Of a stretch of DNA of 64,000 nt, positions 9,310 through 18,099 are shown one piece after another. Within the stretch, counting starts at the first letter, position 1; every line of letters begins with the position of its first letter. Source of the DNA: Myxococcota bacterium (GTDB taxonomy: Bacteria > Myxococcota_A > UBA796 > UBA2385). The notes under the pieces were generated by a model. That model was not told where the DNA came from and did no database searches. It saw only the letters and a list, made by a program, of their open reading frames with translations. Made by a program: the position numbers and the translations under genes. The DNA lies in contig JBIJDH010000004.1 in the NCBI GenBank assembly GCA_044344255.1, positions 416,001 through 480,000 of the forward strand. Reading direction: 5' to 3'.

Positions 9310-10335
9310 TCAATCGTGCTTCCCAACCTTTTGGGGGGCGCTCGGCCCTCCGCTCGGCTTCGCGGCGGCGCCGGTCGCCTTCTCGAGCTCGACCGCCAGG
9401 GTCAGCGCCATCTCTCGCAGGGGCTCCGGCGCGTCGGGCTGGGCGATGACCAGCGTATAGAGCCCGAGGGCCTCCCGGGGCTGTCCCCGGCGTCGGAGCA
9501 GATCGGCGAGGATGTAGGTGGAGCGGATCTTCTTGTCCATCGGGAGGTCTGGCAGGCGGAGGCCCTCCTTGAAGGCCTCGATCGCCCGGTCCTGGTATCG
9601 GAGCTCGGCCGCGACCCCCACCCGGAAGCGGGCTACCGCGGCCGCCTCCTTCTCCGTGAGGGGCGACGCAGCCTCGAAGGCGCGGAGGTAGCTGTCCCGC
9701 TCGGTGGGGTAGCCGCCGCGCGCCGCCACGCGCGCGAGGTTGTAGAGCAGGATCTTCCGTTGGGCGGGCGGGAGGCTCTTCTTGAGCTCCAGCGCCCCTT
9801 GGTCGAGCAGCGCGCGGGTCGCGGCGGGCCCCTCGAGGCCCTCGTAGACGCCCACCGCCTCGTCGCGGCCCGTCCAGCTCGCCTCCAACAGCAGCTCGGC
9901 GATGAAGAGCTTGTCCCGACCGAGCTCCCTGTACATCCGAGCTGCGATGCCGTACCGGTCCCAGACCGCCGGGTTCGCCTTGTCCGGGAGCCGGCTGAGC
10001 TCGTCGGCCAGCGCAGCGCGGAGGCGAGGCTGGGCGGCGGCGTCGAGCGGGCGGGCCATGTCGACGCCAAGGAGCGAGAACAAGGTCGAGGGGCAGGTGG
10101 AGACCGCCCAGGTGCGGTGTTGACCCTCCACCGAGTAGGCCGCGAGGTCGGAGTCGAAGCCCCCGTGGGTGTTCGCCGCGACCTTCGTGTACACCTTCAC
10201 GTTGCCCTCCCCGAGGGGGCAGGTCACCGAGGTCACCTGGAGCTGGGTCGCCTCGGCGGGGGCCCCCCGCGTGAGGGCCGCGAGGCCGATGCAGAAGGTC
10301 AGGGTGCGGAGGTTGACGAGGGTGCGGCGGGCCAA
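9310..10335 (-). CDS. Exported DUF2225-like/TPR-like protein
   Basis: Signal peptide, VTCP...GGFDSDL...TCP pattern, helical TPR-like C-terminus. Confidence 0.55.
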   Translation of the reverse strand: MARRTLVNLRTLTFCIGLAALTRGAPAEATQLQVTSVTCPLGEGNVKVYTKVAANTHGGFDSDLAAYSVEGQHRTWAVSTCPSTLFSLLGVDMARPLDAAAQPRLRAALADELSRLPDKANPAVWDRYGIAARMYRELGRDKLFIAELLLEASWTGRDEAVGVYEGLEGPAATRALLDQGALELKKSLPPAQRKILLYNLARVAARGGYPTERDSYLRAFEAASPLTEKEAAAVARFRVGVAAELRYQDRAIEAFKEGLRLPDLPMDKKIRSTYILADLLRRRGQPREALGLYTLVIAQPDAPEPLREMALTLAVELEKATGAAAKPSGGPSAPQKVGKHD

Positions 10336-11147
10336 GGGGCGGCTCCAGCGGGGGCGAGGTTCGGCGAGGCGGGCGCGGCGCCCGCTCCCAGCAGGCCCTC
10401 CCGGGTGAACAAGGCGACGGGGAGGGCGGCGTCGGCGACGACCTCGCGGGACAGCACCTCGATCCGGGTGTGGGTGCCCTTCTGGAGGTCGGTCATGCGG
10501 GTCTGGCGCGCGGAGACGACCCCGCCCACCGTCTCGGTGCTGAGGAGCTCGAGGCGCTTGGCCAGGGCGCCCTTACGGTCGAAGAACTCGATCTGGTGGG
10601 GCAGCTGGTCAGACTTCCAGATCGTCAAGACCGCGCGGCTGTAGCTCGACTCTCCGCGGGGGACGCGCTCGATCACCCAGACCTGGGCGTCTTGGCGGAG
10701 CAAGCTGTGGCTGGCGTCGGCGTCGAGCTCGAGGTCTTCAAAGCGGAAGTCGCTCCCGAGGAAGGCCCCGCCGCGCGCCGCGCCGGAGACCCGCGTGACC
10801 CGTCGCAGGGCCGGGAGGTAGAGCAGCCGCTCGTCATCGGGGCCGGGGCGGTCGATCACGACGAGGGCCGTCCCGGCCACGTCGGCGGGGGCGGAGAAGC
10901 GCGCGAGCGTCAGGAGGGTGGAGCCGTCCCGCCGGACCTTGAGCTCGAAGCTGCGCACCTTCTCGGCGCCGGCCCGATCGACCACCACCATCCTCATCTG
11001 CTGGATCGAGGCTCCGCCAGCCTGTTGGGCCTGGCGGGCGGCGAGCACGATCTCACTCGCGGTGGCGGTGGCGGCGGTGGCAGGGGCGGCGGCCGAGGCC
11101 GGCGCGGCGATGCCGAGCAGGAGCGTGAGGATCGCGGCGCGCAGCAT
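10299..11147 (-). CDS. Outer-membrane lipoprotein-sorting protein (LolA-like)
   Basis: Signal peptide; F..PADVAGT, LYLPALRRVTR, FLGSDFRFEDL are typical of this family. Confidence 0.85.
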   Translation of the reverse strand: MLRAAILTLLLGIAAPASAAAPATAATATASEIVLAARQAQQAGGASIQQMRMVVVDRAGAEKVRSFELKVRRDGSTLLTLARFSAPADVAGTALVVIDRPGPDDERLLYLPALRRVTRVSGAARGGAFLGSDFRFEDLELDADASHSLLRQDAQVWVIERVPRGESSYSRAVLTIWKSDQLPHQIEFFDRKGALAKRLELLSTETVGGVVSARQTRMTDLQKGTHTRIEVLSREVVADAALPVALFTREGLLGAGAAPASPNLAPAGAAPWPAAPSSTSAP

Positions 11148-11150
11148 GGT

Positions 11151-12044
11151 TCACCGTTGAACGAGGGTCTCCCCGAAGCTCTCACTCTCCCCCTTCTTCC
11201 GGATGATGAGCGTCGGGCCGAGCGACAGTCCGGCCACGTTCTCTGCGGTTGAGCCGAGGATGAGGACGGCGAGCCGGCTGAGGCCGCGGGTGCCCGTCAC
11301 GATCGGCCGCGTGCCGGCCATGTCGACCAGGAGCTGCGCGGCGTCGGTGCCGCGGACGGCCAGCAGCCCGGGGCGGAGCGCGTCGCCGAGCAGGGGGAGC
11401 ACGTCCTCTTCGAAGTGCTGCAGGGTGTGACCCGCGATCTGGAGCTGGAACTCCTCGTCGGACAGACCGCCGGAGGTCGCGGCGCTGAGGTCGAACTGGT
11501 AGACCGCGTCCACCTGATCGGCGACGCGGACCGCGTGCTGGAGCGCGTAGGAGGACTGGAAGGAGAAGTCGAAGCCCACCACTACGCGGGAGAGGTCGAG
11601 CCGGCTCCCCACCGGGATCACCATCGCGCTGCAGCTGATCCGTCGCAGGAAGTTGCGCCCCGACGGGCCCCACCCGGGCTTGCCATCACGGGCAGGGCTG
11701 CGGCCGATGAGGAGCAAGTCAATGTCTTCGCCCTGGATGATGAGGTTGAGCTCGTCCTCGGGGGTGCCGGAGGCGTGGATGCCCACCACATCCACCTCGG
11801 GCAGGCGCGCACGAATGGCGGCGATCGCCTCCTCCATCCGTGCGGCGAGGTCGGCCTCTTCGGTGGGGGCCTCTGGCCGGAGCTCGGGGAAAGGATCATG
11901 GGCGTAGATGTGGGCCGCGGTGACCTTGCGGACGCCCAGGCGAGCGGCGCCGTCATACAGCGCGCTCAATACGGTTGCGTCACGATCGTCGAGGGCCAGC
12001 ATCACAAGCGCGTTCTTAAACACGGTCCGATCCTCGGTAGGCAA
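11151..12044 (-). CDS. Tandem-domain universal stress protein
   Basis: Two Usp domains: DLLLIG; VVVGFDFS ... GTRGLSRLAVLILGSTAENV. Confidence 0.85.
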   Translation of the reverse strand: MPTEDRTVFKNALVMLALDDRDATVLSALYDGAARLGVRKVTAAHIYAHDPFPELRPEAPTEEADLAARMEEAIAAIRARLPEVDVVGIHASGTPEDELNLIIQGEDIDLLLIGRSPARDGKPGWGPSGRNFLRRISCSAMVIPVGSRLDLSRVVVGFDFSFQSSYALQHAVRVADQVDAVYQFDLSAATSGGLSDEEFQLQIAGHTLQHFEEDVLPLLGDALRPGLLAVRGTDAAQLLVDMAGTRPIVTGTRGLSRLAVLILGSTAENVAGLSLGPTLIIRKKGESESFGETLVQR

Positions 12045-12101
12045 ATGAAATGAGGGGGCGCTCAGCGGGCGCTGGGCGCCTTCGGGGTTGATCGGGGCGG
12101 A

Positions 12102-13142
12102 TCAGGTCTGGTCCGGACCCTCTCGACCCGAACGAAGGTCCAATATGCGCGTTTGGCCCACATAGCCGATCGACCGGGGCCGCGTCGTCCGAGCGAGGGA
12201 GCGGACGATCTCGGCCATGCGCTCGAGCTGCTCGTAGCCCTTCTCCAGGCGACGGTGCACGTCGTCGGGGAGGTCGCTGCGGAGGCCGAGCAGCTCGAGG
12301 GTGCCCATCACGGCGGTGAGCGGCTGGTTGAGCTCGTGGGCGGCTGCGCCTGCCACCTCCATCGCCGCGGCGCGCTTCTCCGTGGCGATGAGCTGTTCGG
12401 TGGTCTCTTCGAGGCGGTGCTTGAGGGCGATCTCGGGGCGTTGATCGTCGAAGACCCCGACCGTGGCGATCGGGATGCCGTCCGCGGCGTAGACCTCGGC
12501 GGTCGAGAGCACGACCGGGATCTGCTCGCCGGAGCGGGCCCGGAGCCGGATCTCGATGTGGTGAGCGAGGCCGCCAGGCGTGTTCCGAATCTCGGAGAGC
12601 ACCCGGCGCGCGTCGGTCGGATCGGCGTAGATGTCGGTGACGTGCATATGTTCGCGCGCCCAGGCTGACTCGTAGCCGAGCGCGACCTCGGCGGCGCGGT
12701 TGAAGACCAGCACGCGCCCGCGCATGTCGGCGGCCATCACCGGGTTGGGCGTGGCGTCGATCAGGCGACCGAGCAGGTCGCGTGTGGACTGGAGCTCGGA
12801 GAGGGTGCGGCGGGCCCGCTGCTCATGGGCGCTGAGCCGGCGCTGCCAGGCCCGGTGCAGGTTGAGGAGCGCCCCGGCGCGGATGCGCAGCAGGTCGAGA
12901 TCGTCGTGCCCGATCCAGGCGTCAGAGGCCCCCGAGTCGAGGGCGCGCTGGACGTCGTCTCGCTCGGTGACGAGCGCGATCACGAGGACGTCGTTCTGGC
13001 CCGATTGTCGGAGGGAGCTGCGGGCCTCGAGGTCGTCCCAGGGGAGGAGCTGGAGGTCGGCCTCGGGGACGAGCTCAAAGCCGGCGGCCTCGAGGGCGTG
13101 GGTCAGCGCGGGTTGTGTTTGCCCGATGAGGTTCACCTGCAT
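12102..13142 (-). CDS. Degenerate receiver-PAS-HisKA signalling protein without ATPase domain
   Basis: GASDAW receiver remnant, PAS (FNRAAEVALGY), H-box AHELNQPL, stop about 70 aa later. Confidence 0.8.
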   Translation of the reverse strand: MQVNLIGQTQPALTHALEAAGFELVPEADLQLLPWDDLEARSSLRQSGQNDVLVIALVTERDDVQRALDSGASDAWIGHDDLDLLRIRAGALLNLHRAWQRRLSAHEQRARRTLSELQSTRDLLGRLIDATPNPVMAADMRGRVLVFNRAAEVALGYESAWAREHMHVTDIYADPTDARRVLSEIRNTPGGLAHHIEIRLRARSGEQIPVVLSTAEVYAADGIPIATVGVFDDQRPEIALKHRLEETTEQLIATEKRAAAMEVAGAAAHELNQPLTAVMGTLELLGLRSDLPDDVHRRLEKGYEQLERMAEIVRSLARTTRPRSIGYVGQTRILDLRSGREGPDQT

Positions 13143-13275
13143 GACGTGCCCCTGTGCGTGGCCTTGGCGCTGCCCGCCTCATTCATCTCGGTCATCTATT
13201 GATCCCGGTCCTTGTCTCGCCTCGCGGAGTCTCGTCCCTTGGACCCCCTCCCATGTGCGGCCTCCATGACACCGG

Positions 13276-14619
13276 TCAGGGCTCCGAGCGGTCGGCGCGC
13301 TGGCCGCGGTACCAGGCGGCCTGGGCCTCGGCGTAGACACGGGGCTCCGGGAGGCCGGTCTCCCGCGCGAGGGCGGCGACGTCGGCGTGCTCGGGGGCGG
13401 CATGGACGATCTCTCCGTCCTGATGGCCCACCTTGACCCGCACGGGGCCCCAGGGGGTCTCCACCCGCTCGAAGCGGCGGTCAAGCACACGTCGGCTGGC
13501 GGGGTGGCTGCGGAGCCCGAAGCTGCTGCCGTGGCGCAGCATCGCCCGCTCGACCGCCCGGGCGGCGTGAGGCTCGGCGAGGGCCACCACGAGCTGGCCG
13601 GGTCGGCCCTTCTTCATCAGCACCGGGATGGCGATGGCGTCGAGCGCCCCCGCCGCGAGGAGGGCCTCGAGGAGGGCGGGCAGGTGCTCGCCGCTGAGGT
13701 CGTCCATCTGGGCCTCGAGCACCTCGACGGAGAGGGCCGAGCTCGGCGGCCGCTCCTCGCCGAGGATGGCCCGAAGCACGTTGGCCATGTCCGGGGGGTC
13801 CTTGGTGCCGGCGCCGTAGCCCACGCCCCGCACGGTCATCGCGGGCATCGGCCCGGGCTCGGCGAGGGCGGCGATCAGGGTGGCGCCCGTGGGGGTGACC
13901 TGCTCCATCCCCGCCTTGCCCGGCCGCACCGGCCAGCCGAGCAGGACCTCCACGGTCGCCGGGGCCGGGATCGGGATGAGGCCGTGCGCGGTTCGGATGA
14001 CGCCGGAGCCCATCGGCAGCGAGCTGGCGACGATCCGATCGACCTCGAGCAGCTCGAGCGCGATGACGGCGGCCAGGATGTCGACGATGGAGTCGACCGC
14101 GCCCACCTCGTGAAAGGTGACCGCCTCAGCCGGCATGCCGTGCACCCGGCCCTCGGCCTCGGCCAGGAGCCCGAAGGCGGCGATGGCCCGCTCCTTCACC
14201 CGAGGCGCCAGCGCCGACTCGCCGATCAGCGCTCGGATCTGACGCCAGGTCCGCGGGGGCTGCCCGACGAAGCCCCCAGTGGGGTCGAGGGGCGCTTCAC
14301 CGTCATCGTGCCCGTGCCCGTGCCCATGGTCGTGCCCGTGCCCGTGCCCGTGCCCGTGCCCATGGTCGTGCCCGTGCTCGGCTTCGTCGGCGGTGGGCGC
14401 CTCGGAGAGCGAGCGCCCGTCGGGCTCCACGACGAAGCGGGTGGCGGCGAACGCGCCCCGGGAGACCGCCTCGCGGCGAACGCGGTACCCCCGCACACGG
14501 ACCTTGGCGAGCTCGGCGCGCACGAGGTCCAGGTCGGCGCCGAGGTGGAGCAGCGCGGCGACGAACATGTCACCGGCGACTCCAGCGAAGACGTCGAGGT
14601 AGAGGACCTTTCCGCTCAA
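13276..14619 (-). CDS. larC: Nickel-pincer cofactor nickel insertase LarC
   Basis: YLD.FAGVAGDM, His-Gly tract, FHEVGAVDSIVD, VTPTGA, MKKGRPG; TTG start overlaps larB stop. Confidence 0.95.
   Translation of the reverse strand: MSGKVLYLDVFAGVAGDMFVAALLHLGADLDLVRAELAKVRVRGYRVRREAVSRGAFAATRFVVEPDGRSLSEAPTADEAEHGHDHGHGHGHGHGHDHGHGHGHDDGEAPLDPTGGFVGQPPRTWRQIRALIGESALAPRVKERAIAAFGLLAEAEGRVHGMPAEAVTFHEVGAVDSIVDILAAVIALELLEVDRIVASSLPMGSGVIRTAHGLIPIPAPATVEVLLGWPVRPGKAGMEQVTPTGATLIAALAEPGPMPAMTVRGVGYGAGTKDPPDMANVLRAILGEERPPSSALSVEVLEAQMDDLSGEHLPALLEALLAAGALDAIAIPVLMKKGRPGQLVVALAEPHAARAVERAMLRHGSSFGLRSHPASRRVLDRRFERVETPWGPVRVKVGHQDGEIVHAAPEHADVAALARETGLPEPRVYAEAQAAWYRGQRADRSEP
14308..14376 (-). repeat. 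6-bp tandem repeat encoding the 23-aa His-Gly tract (12 His) of LarC
   Basis: (GTGCCC)n on the plus strand; translates HGHDHGHGHGHGHGHDHGHGHGH. Confidence 0.95.
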
Positions 14620-15383
14620 GGTGCACCTCCGCGGGCGGCGAGGCGGTTGATCAGGCTCGCCTGCATCGCGGCCCCGAAGCCGTTGTCGATGTTGACCACG
14701 CTGATGCCAGGGGCGCAGCCGTTGAGCATGGCCAGGAGGGCCGCGAGGCCCCCGAAGCTGGCTCCGTAGCCGACAGAGGTGGGCACAGCGAGGACGGGCC
14801 GGTCGACCAGGCCGGCGACCACGCTCGGCAAGGCACCTTCCATCCCGGCGACCACGATCAGCACGTTGGCGTCCCGAAGCTCGGGGAGTCGGGAGAGGAG
14901 GCGGTGGAGGCCGGCCACGCCGACGTCCCGCACCCGATCGACGCGGTTGCCGAAGGTCTCGGCGGTGACGGCGGCCTCCTCGGCCACGGGCCCGTCGGTC
15001 GTCCCGGCGGAGACGACGGCGATCCGCCCGATGAGCGGCTCTGCGGGGCGAGCGCGCCAGCGGAGGGCCCTCGCGTCGGGGAGCCACTCCACGAGCGGGA
15101 GGGCGGCCTGCACGGCGGCCGCGACCTCGGCCGGGACCCGGGTGGCGAGGGCGTCGACCCCGGCGGTGTGCAGGGCCAACAGGAAGGCCGTGATCTGCTC
15201 CGCGGACTTGCCTTGTCCGAAGATCACCTCCGGGTGCCCGGTCCGATCTTGTCGGCCGAGGTCGAGGTGGGCGTCGGCGAGGCGCAGCCCACCCCAGCGG
15301 GTGATCTGGTTCGCCGCGGCGGCGGCGGGGGTCTCCCCTTGGGCCACGGCCTGGAGCAGCCGGTCGAGCGCTTCTCTGTTCAT
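14616..15383 (-). CDS. larB: Nickel-pincer cofactor biosynthesis protein LarB
   Basis: PEVIFGQGK, AGTTD, DVGVAGLHRL, AGMEGALPS, PTSVGYG, VNIDNGFGA. Confidence 0.96.
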   Translation of the reverse strand: MNREALDRLLQAVAQGETPAAAAANQITRWGGLRLADAHLDLGRQDRTGHPEVIFGQGKSAEQITAFLLALHTAGVDALATRVPAEVAAAVQAALPLVEWLPDARALRWRARPAEPLIGRIAVVSAGTTDGPVAEEAAVTAETFGNRVDRVRDVGVAGLHRLLSRLPELRDANVLIVVAGMEGALPSVVAGLVDRPVLAVPTSVGYGASFGGLAALLAMLNGCAPGISVVNIDNGFGAAMQASLINRLAARGGAP

Positions 15384-15522
15384 GTCGCGGGCGACGCCTC
15401 CTTCCCTCACCCCAGCCAGGCGGGATCTACGCGGCTGGTCGGGGCCTCCGCCTTACCCCGTCCGGTTGGCCCCGTCCGGGCGATGCGTGGCGCGCCGACA
15501 CGAAAGCGGGCAGATTGGCATC

Positions 15523-18099
15523 ATGTCCGCCCTCCTCCTGCTCGTGCTGGGCTTTGGCCCTTGGGGCGCCCGCTCAAGCGTCGCGCTCGCGGGTGAGCGG
15601 GCGCTCTACGACCGGGCGGTGAGCACGGTCTCGGATCATTACCTCGACGTCGAGAAGCTGGACGCCGACGAGGCCCTCGCCCTCGCTGCCGAGCAGGCCG
15701 AGGCCAAGGTCCCCTGGCTCATCGCCGCGACACAGGGCGACGCCGTGCTCCTCCGCCACGGTCAGCGGGGCCCCGTCGGGGAGGTGCGGCTCAGCCCCGA
15801 CGCGCGCCGCCCGGGCACCCTCGGAGACCTGCCGGGCGCCCTCGAGCGCCTCGAAGACCTCATCCGCGGCGCCGGCGCGCCCATCCCCGCCGAGATCGAT
15901 CTGCCGGTCGAGCTGCTGATCGGCATGGCGCGGGCCCTTGATCGACACTCCCAGGTGTTGGCCCGAGATCGCCTCGAGCGCTTCGACGAGCGGATCTCCG
16001 GGAAGCTGCTCGGGGTCGGGGCCAAGATCGGCCTCGACAGTGGGGAGCTCGTCATCAAGGAGGTCTTCGAGGACAGCCCGGGCTCGGTGGCTGGGCTGAA
16101 GGCGGGAGATCGCCTCACGCGCATCGACGGTGTCTCGACGGTGGGCATGGACGTAGACAGCGCCGTACATCGCATCCGGGGGGAGGCCGGCACGGAGCTC
16201 ACCCTCACGATCCGCCGCGCGTCCGGCGAGGGCGGCACCGAGGAGATCGAGCTCACGATGCAGCGGGCGGAGGTGGTGGTGCCAAACCTGACTTGGCGGC
16301 TGCTCCCGAGCGGCGTCGGACTGATCACGGTCGACCACTTTAGCCAGCAGACCTCGAACCTGATGCGCCGAGCCCTGAACGAGCTCAGCCAGGGCCCCGC
16401 GCCGCTCAGGGGCATCATCATCGATCTGCGGGAAGACGAAGGCGGGACGATGGTGCAGGCCTGCAAGGCGGCCGATCTCTTCGTCGAGTCGGGCGTCGTC
16501 CTCCGCACCGAGGGCCGCGGCGGGGGCCGAGTGGAGGGCCTCGTCCGGGAGTACCGCGCCCACCCGGAGAACATCGAGCCGCCGGTCCCGGTCGCCGTGC
16601 TGCAGAACCGGAACTCGGCCTCCGCCTCGGAGATCCTCGCAGGCGCCCTCGCGCTGCTCGATCGGGCCGTGCTCATCGGTGATCGTTCACACGGGAAGGG
16701 CACCGTTCAAATGTTGTACTCGCTCCGGTCGGGCGAGGCCGCCGACCGGGCGCGCTTCAAGCTGACCGTCGCCCGGTACCTCCTCCCTGGGGACGTGCCG
16801 ATCGAGGCCGGCGTGGGCCTGGCCCCCGATCTTTGGGTGCAGAGCGCCATCTTCACGCAAGGCGGCGCCTGGCTGCCGCTCCCTCCCTCCGGGCGCACCC
16901 AGGCGATCCTCTCCGTGGACGAGCGGGCCGGTTGGCGAGACAGCTCCGCCCAGCGGAACAGCGCCGACGTCACCCTGCAGGTCGCCGAGCGGGTGGTGCT
17001 CGACACGAGCGGCACGCACCGCGTGGACGGCCTCGCCGCGATCGAGCGGGTGCTCCCGACGCTCGCCGCCGAGCAGGACCGTCGACTCGTCGAGACCTTC
17101 AAGCTGCGCGGCATCGATTGGCAGGCCGCCGACGAGGCCGTACGCAGCCCGGCGGTCGACGTCGAGGTCACGGTGGTCGATCCCCCGATCGCAGGCGGCC
17201 GGGTCGAGGTGCGCGCCGTCGTGACCAACCGCGGGGAGGCGCCGCTCCATCGGGTGGCGGTGCACCTCAACGCCGGCGATCCGGATCTCCCCTGGAGCGA
17301 CGTGGTGCTCCCGGTGGGCTTCCTCCCTCCGGGGGAGCAGGGGCTGGGGAGCGCGATGGTCTCGATCGACGCCGACCTCCCGGACCGCGAGGACCTCGTG
17401 GGCCTCACCTTGCTCGCCGACCGGGCCCCGCCGGTCTCGCTCGACCCCGTGCTCCTCGAGATCGACGCCCACCCGCCGCCGCCCGTGGCCTTCAGCGCTC
17501 GCCTCATCCCGGAGGGCGATCACCACCGGGTCGAGCTCATCCTCGAGAACCTGGGCGGGCAGCCGCTCACCGGCCTCCACGCCCGCCTCTCCTTGGACGA
17601 CGACAGCCGCATTGAGCTCGTCACCCCGGAGGCGCGGGCCTCGAGCCTCCCGGCCCGCGGCACCGTCAACACCAGCCTCGCCGTGCGGCTCCCCGCCCTC
17701 TCGCGGGGGCCCAGCGCGCTGATGGAGCTGCGTGTCTACGCCGACGGTTACGGGAGGATCCTCCGGTCCACGATGGCCGTCCCGACGGACGGAGCTTCGC
17801 TCCGCGTCCAGCCGCCCACCATTGAGGGCACGGTCCCCCGCTCGTCGGTGCCAGGCACCGTCCAGGTCTCCTTCCGCGCCACGGACGAGAGCCGGGTGCG
17901 CTCGATGACCGTGTGGATGGACCACGACAAGCTCGCCTGGCGCGAAGGGGTCGGCCGAAAGCTCTCGATCGACCTCCCCGTTCAAGTGGGGGAGGGGACG
18001 CGGGTCATCCTGGTCGAGGCGCGGGATGATAAGGACAACCTAAGCCGGCGGGTCTTCGCCATCCGCGGGCAGGTCGAGGGCGGGACCGCCACCCCCTGA
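15523..18099 (+). CDS. S41 carboxyl-terminal protease with PDZ and C-terminal Ig-like domains
   Basis: Signal peptide, PDZ (GVGAKI..AGLKAGD), IIDLR, SASASEI (Ser) and GKGTVQ (Lys). Confidence 0.9.
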   Translation: MSALLLLVLGFGPWGARSSVALAGERALYDRAVSTVSDHYLDVEKLDADEALALAAEQAEAKVPWLIAATQGDAVLLRHGQRGPVGEVRLSPDARRPGTLGDLPGALERLEDLIRGAGAPIPAEIDLPVELLIGMARALDRHSQVLARDRLERFDERISGKLLGVGAKIGLDSGELVIKEVFEDSPGSVAGLKAGDRLTRIDGVSTVGMDVDSAVHRIRGEAGTELTLTIRRASGEGGTEEIELTMQRAEVVVPNLTWRLLPSGVGLITVDHFSQQTSNLMRRALNELSQGPAPLRGIIIDLREDEGGTMVQACKAADLFVESGVVLRTEGRGGGRVEGLVREYRAHPENIEPPVPVAVLQNRNSASASEILAGALALLDRAVLIGDRSHGKGTVQMLYSLRSGEAADRARFKLTVARYLLPGDVPIEAGVGLAPDLWVQSAIFTQGGAWLPLPPSGRTQAILSVDERAGWRDSSAQRNSADVTLQVAERVVLDTSGTHRVDGLAAIERVLPTLAAEQDRRLVETFKLRGIDWQAADEAVRSPAVDVEVTVVDPPIAGGRVEVRAVVTNRGEAPLHRVAVHLNAGDPDLPWSDVVLPVGFLPPGEQGLGSAMVSIDADLPDREDLVGLTLLADRAPPVSLDPVLLEIDAHPPPPVAFSARLIPEGDHHRVELILENLGGQPLTGLHARLSLDDDSRIELVTPEARASSLPARGTVNTSLAVRLPALSRGPSALMELRVYADGYGRILRSTMAVPTDGASLRVQPPTIEGTVPRSSVPGTVQVSFRATDESRVRSMTVWMDHDKLAWREGVGRKLSIDLPVQVGEGTRVILVEARDDKDNLSRRVFAIRGQVEGGTATP

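Noticed and set aside
14620..15087. N-terminal extension of the 603-aa LarC ORF, suggesting a fusion or frameshift
   Set aside because: Alternate frame of larB; LarC homology starts at the TTG overlapping the larB stop
14779..15522. N-terminal extension of the 1106-aa S41 ORF
   Set aside because: Antisense to larB; the signal peptide begins at ATG 15523
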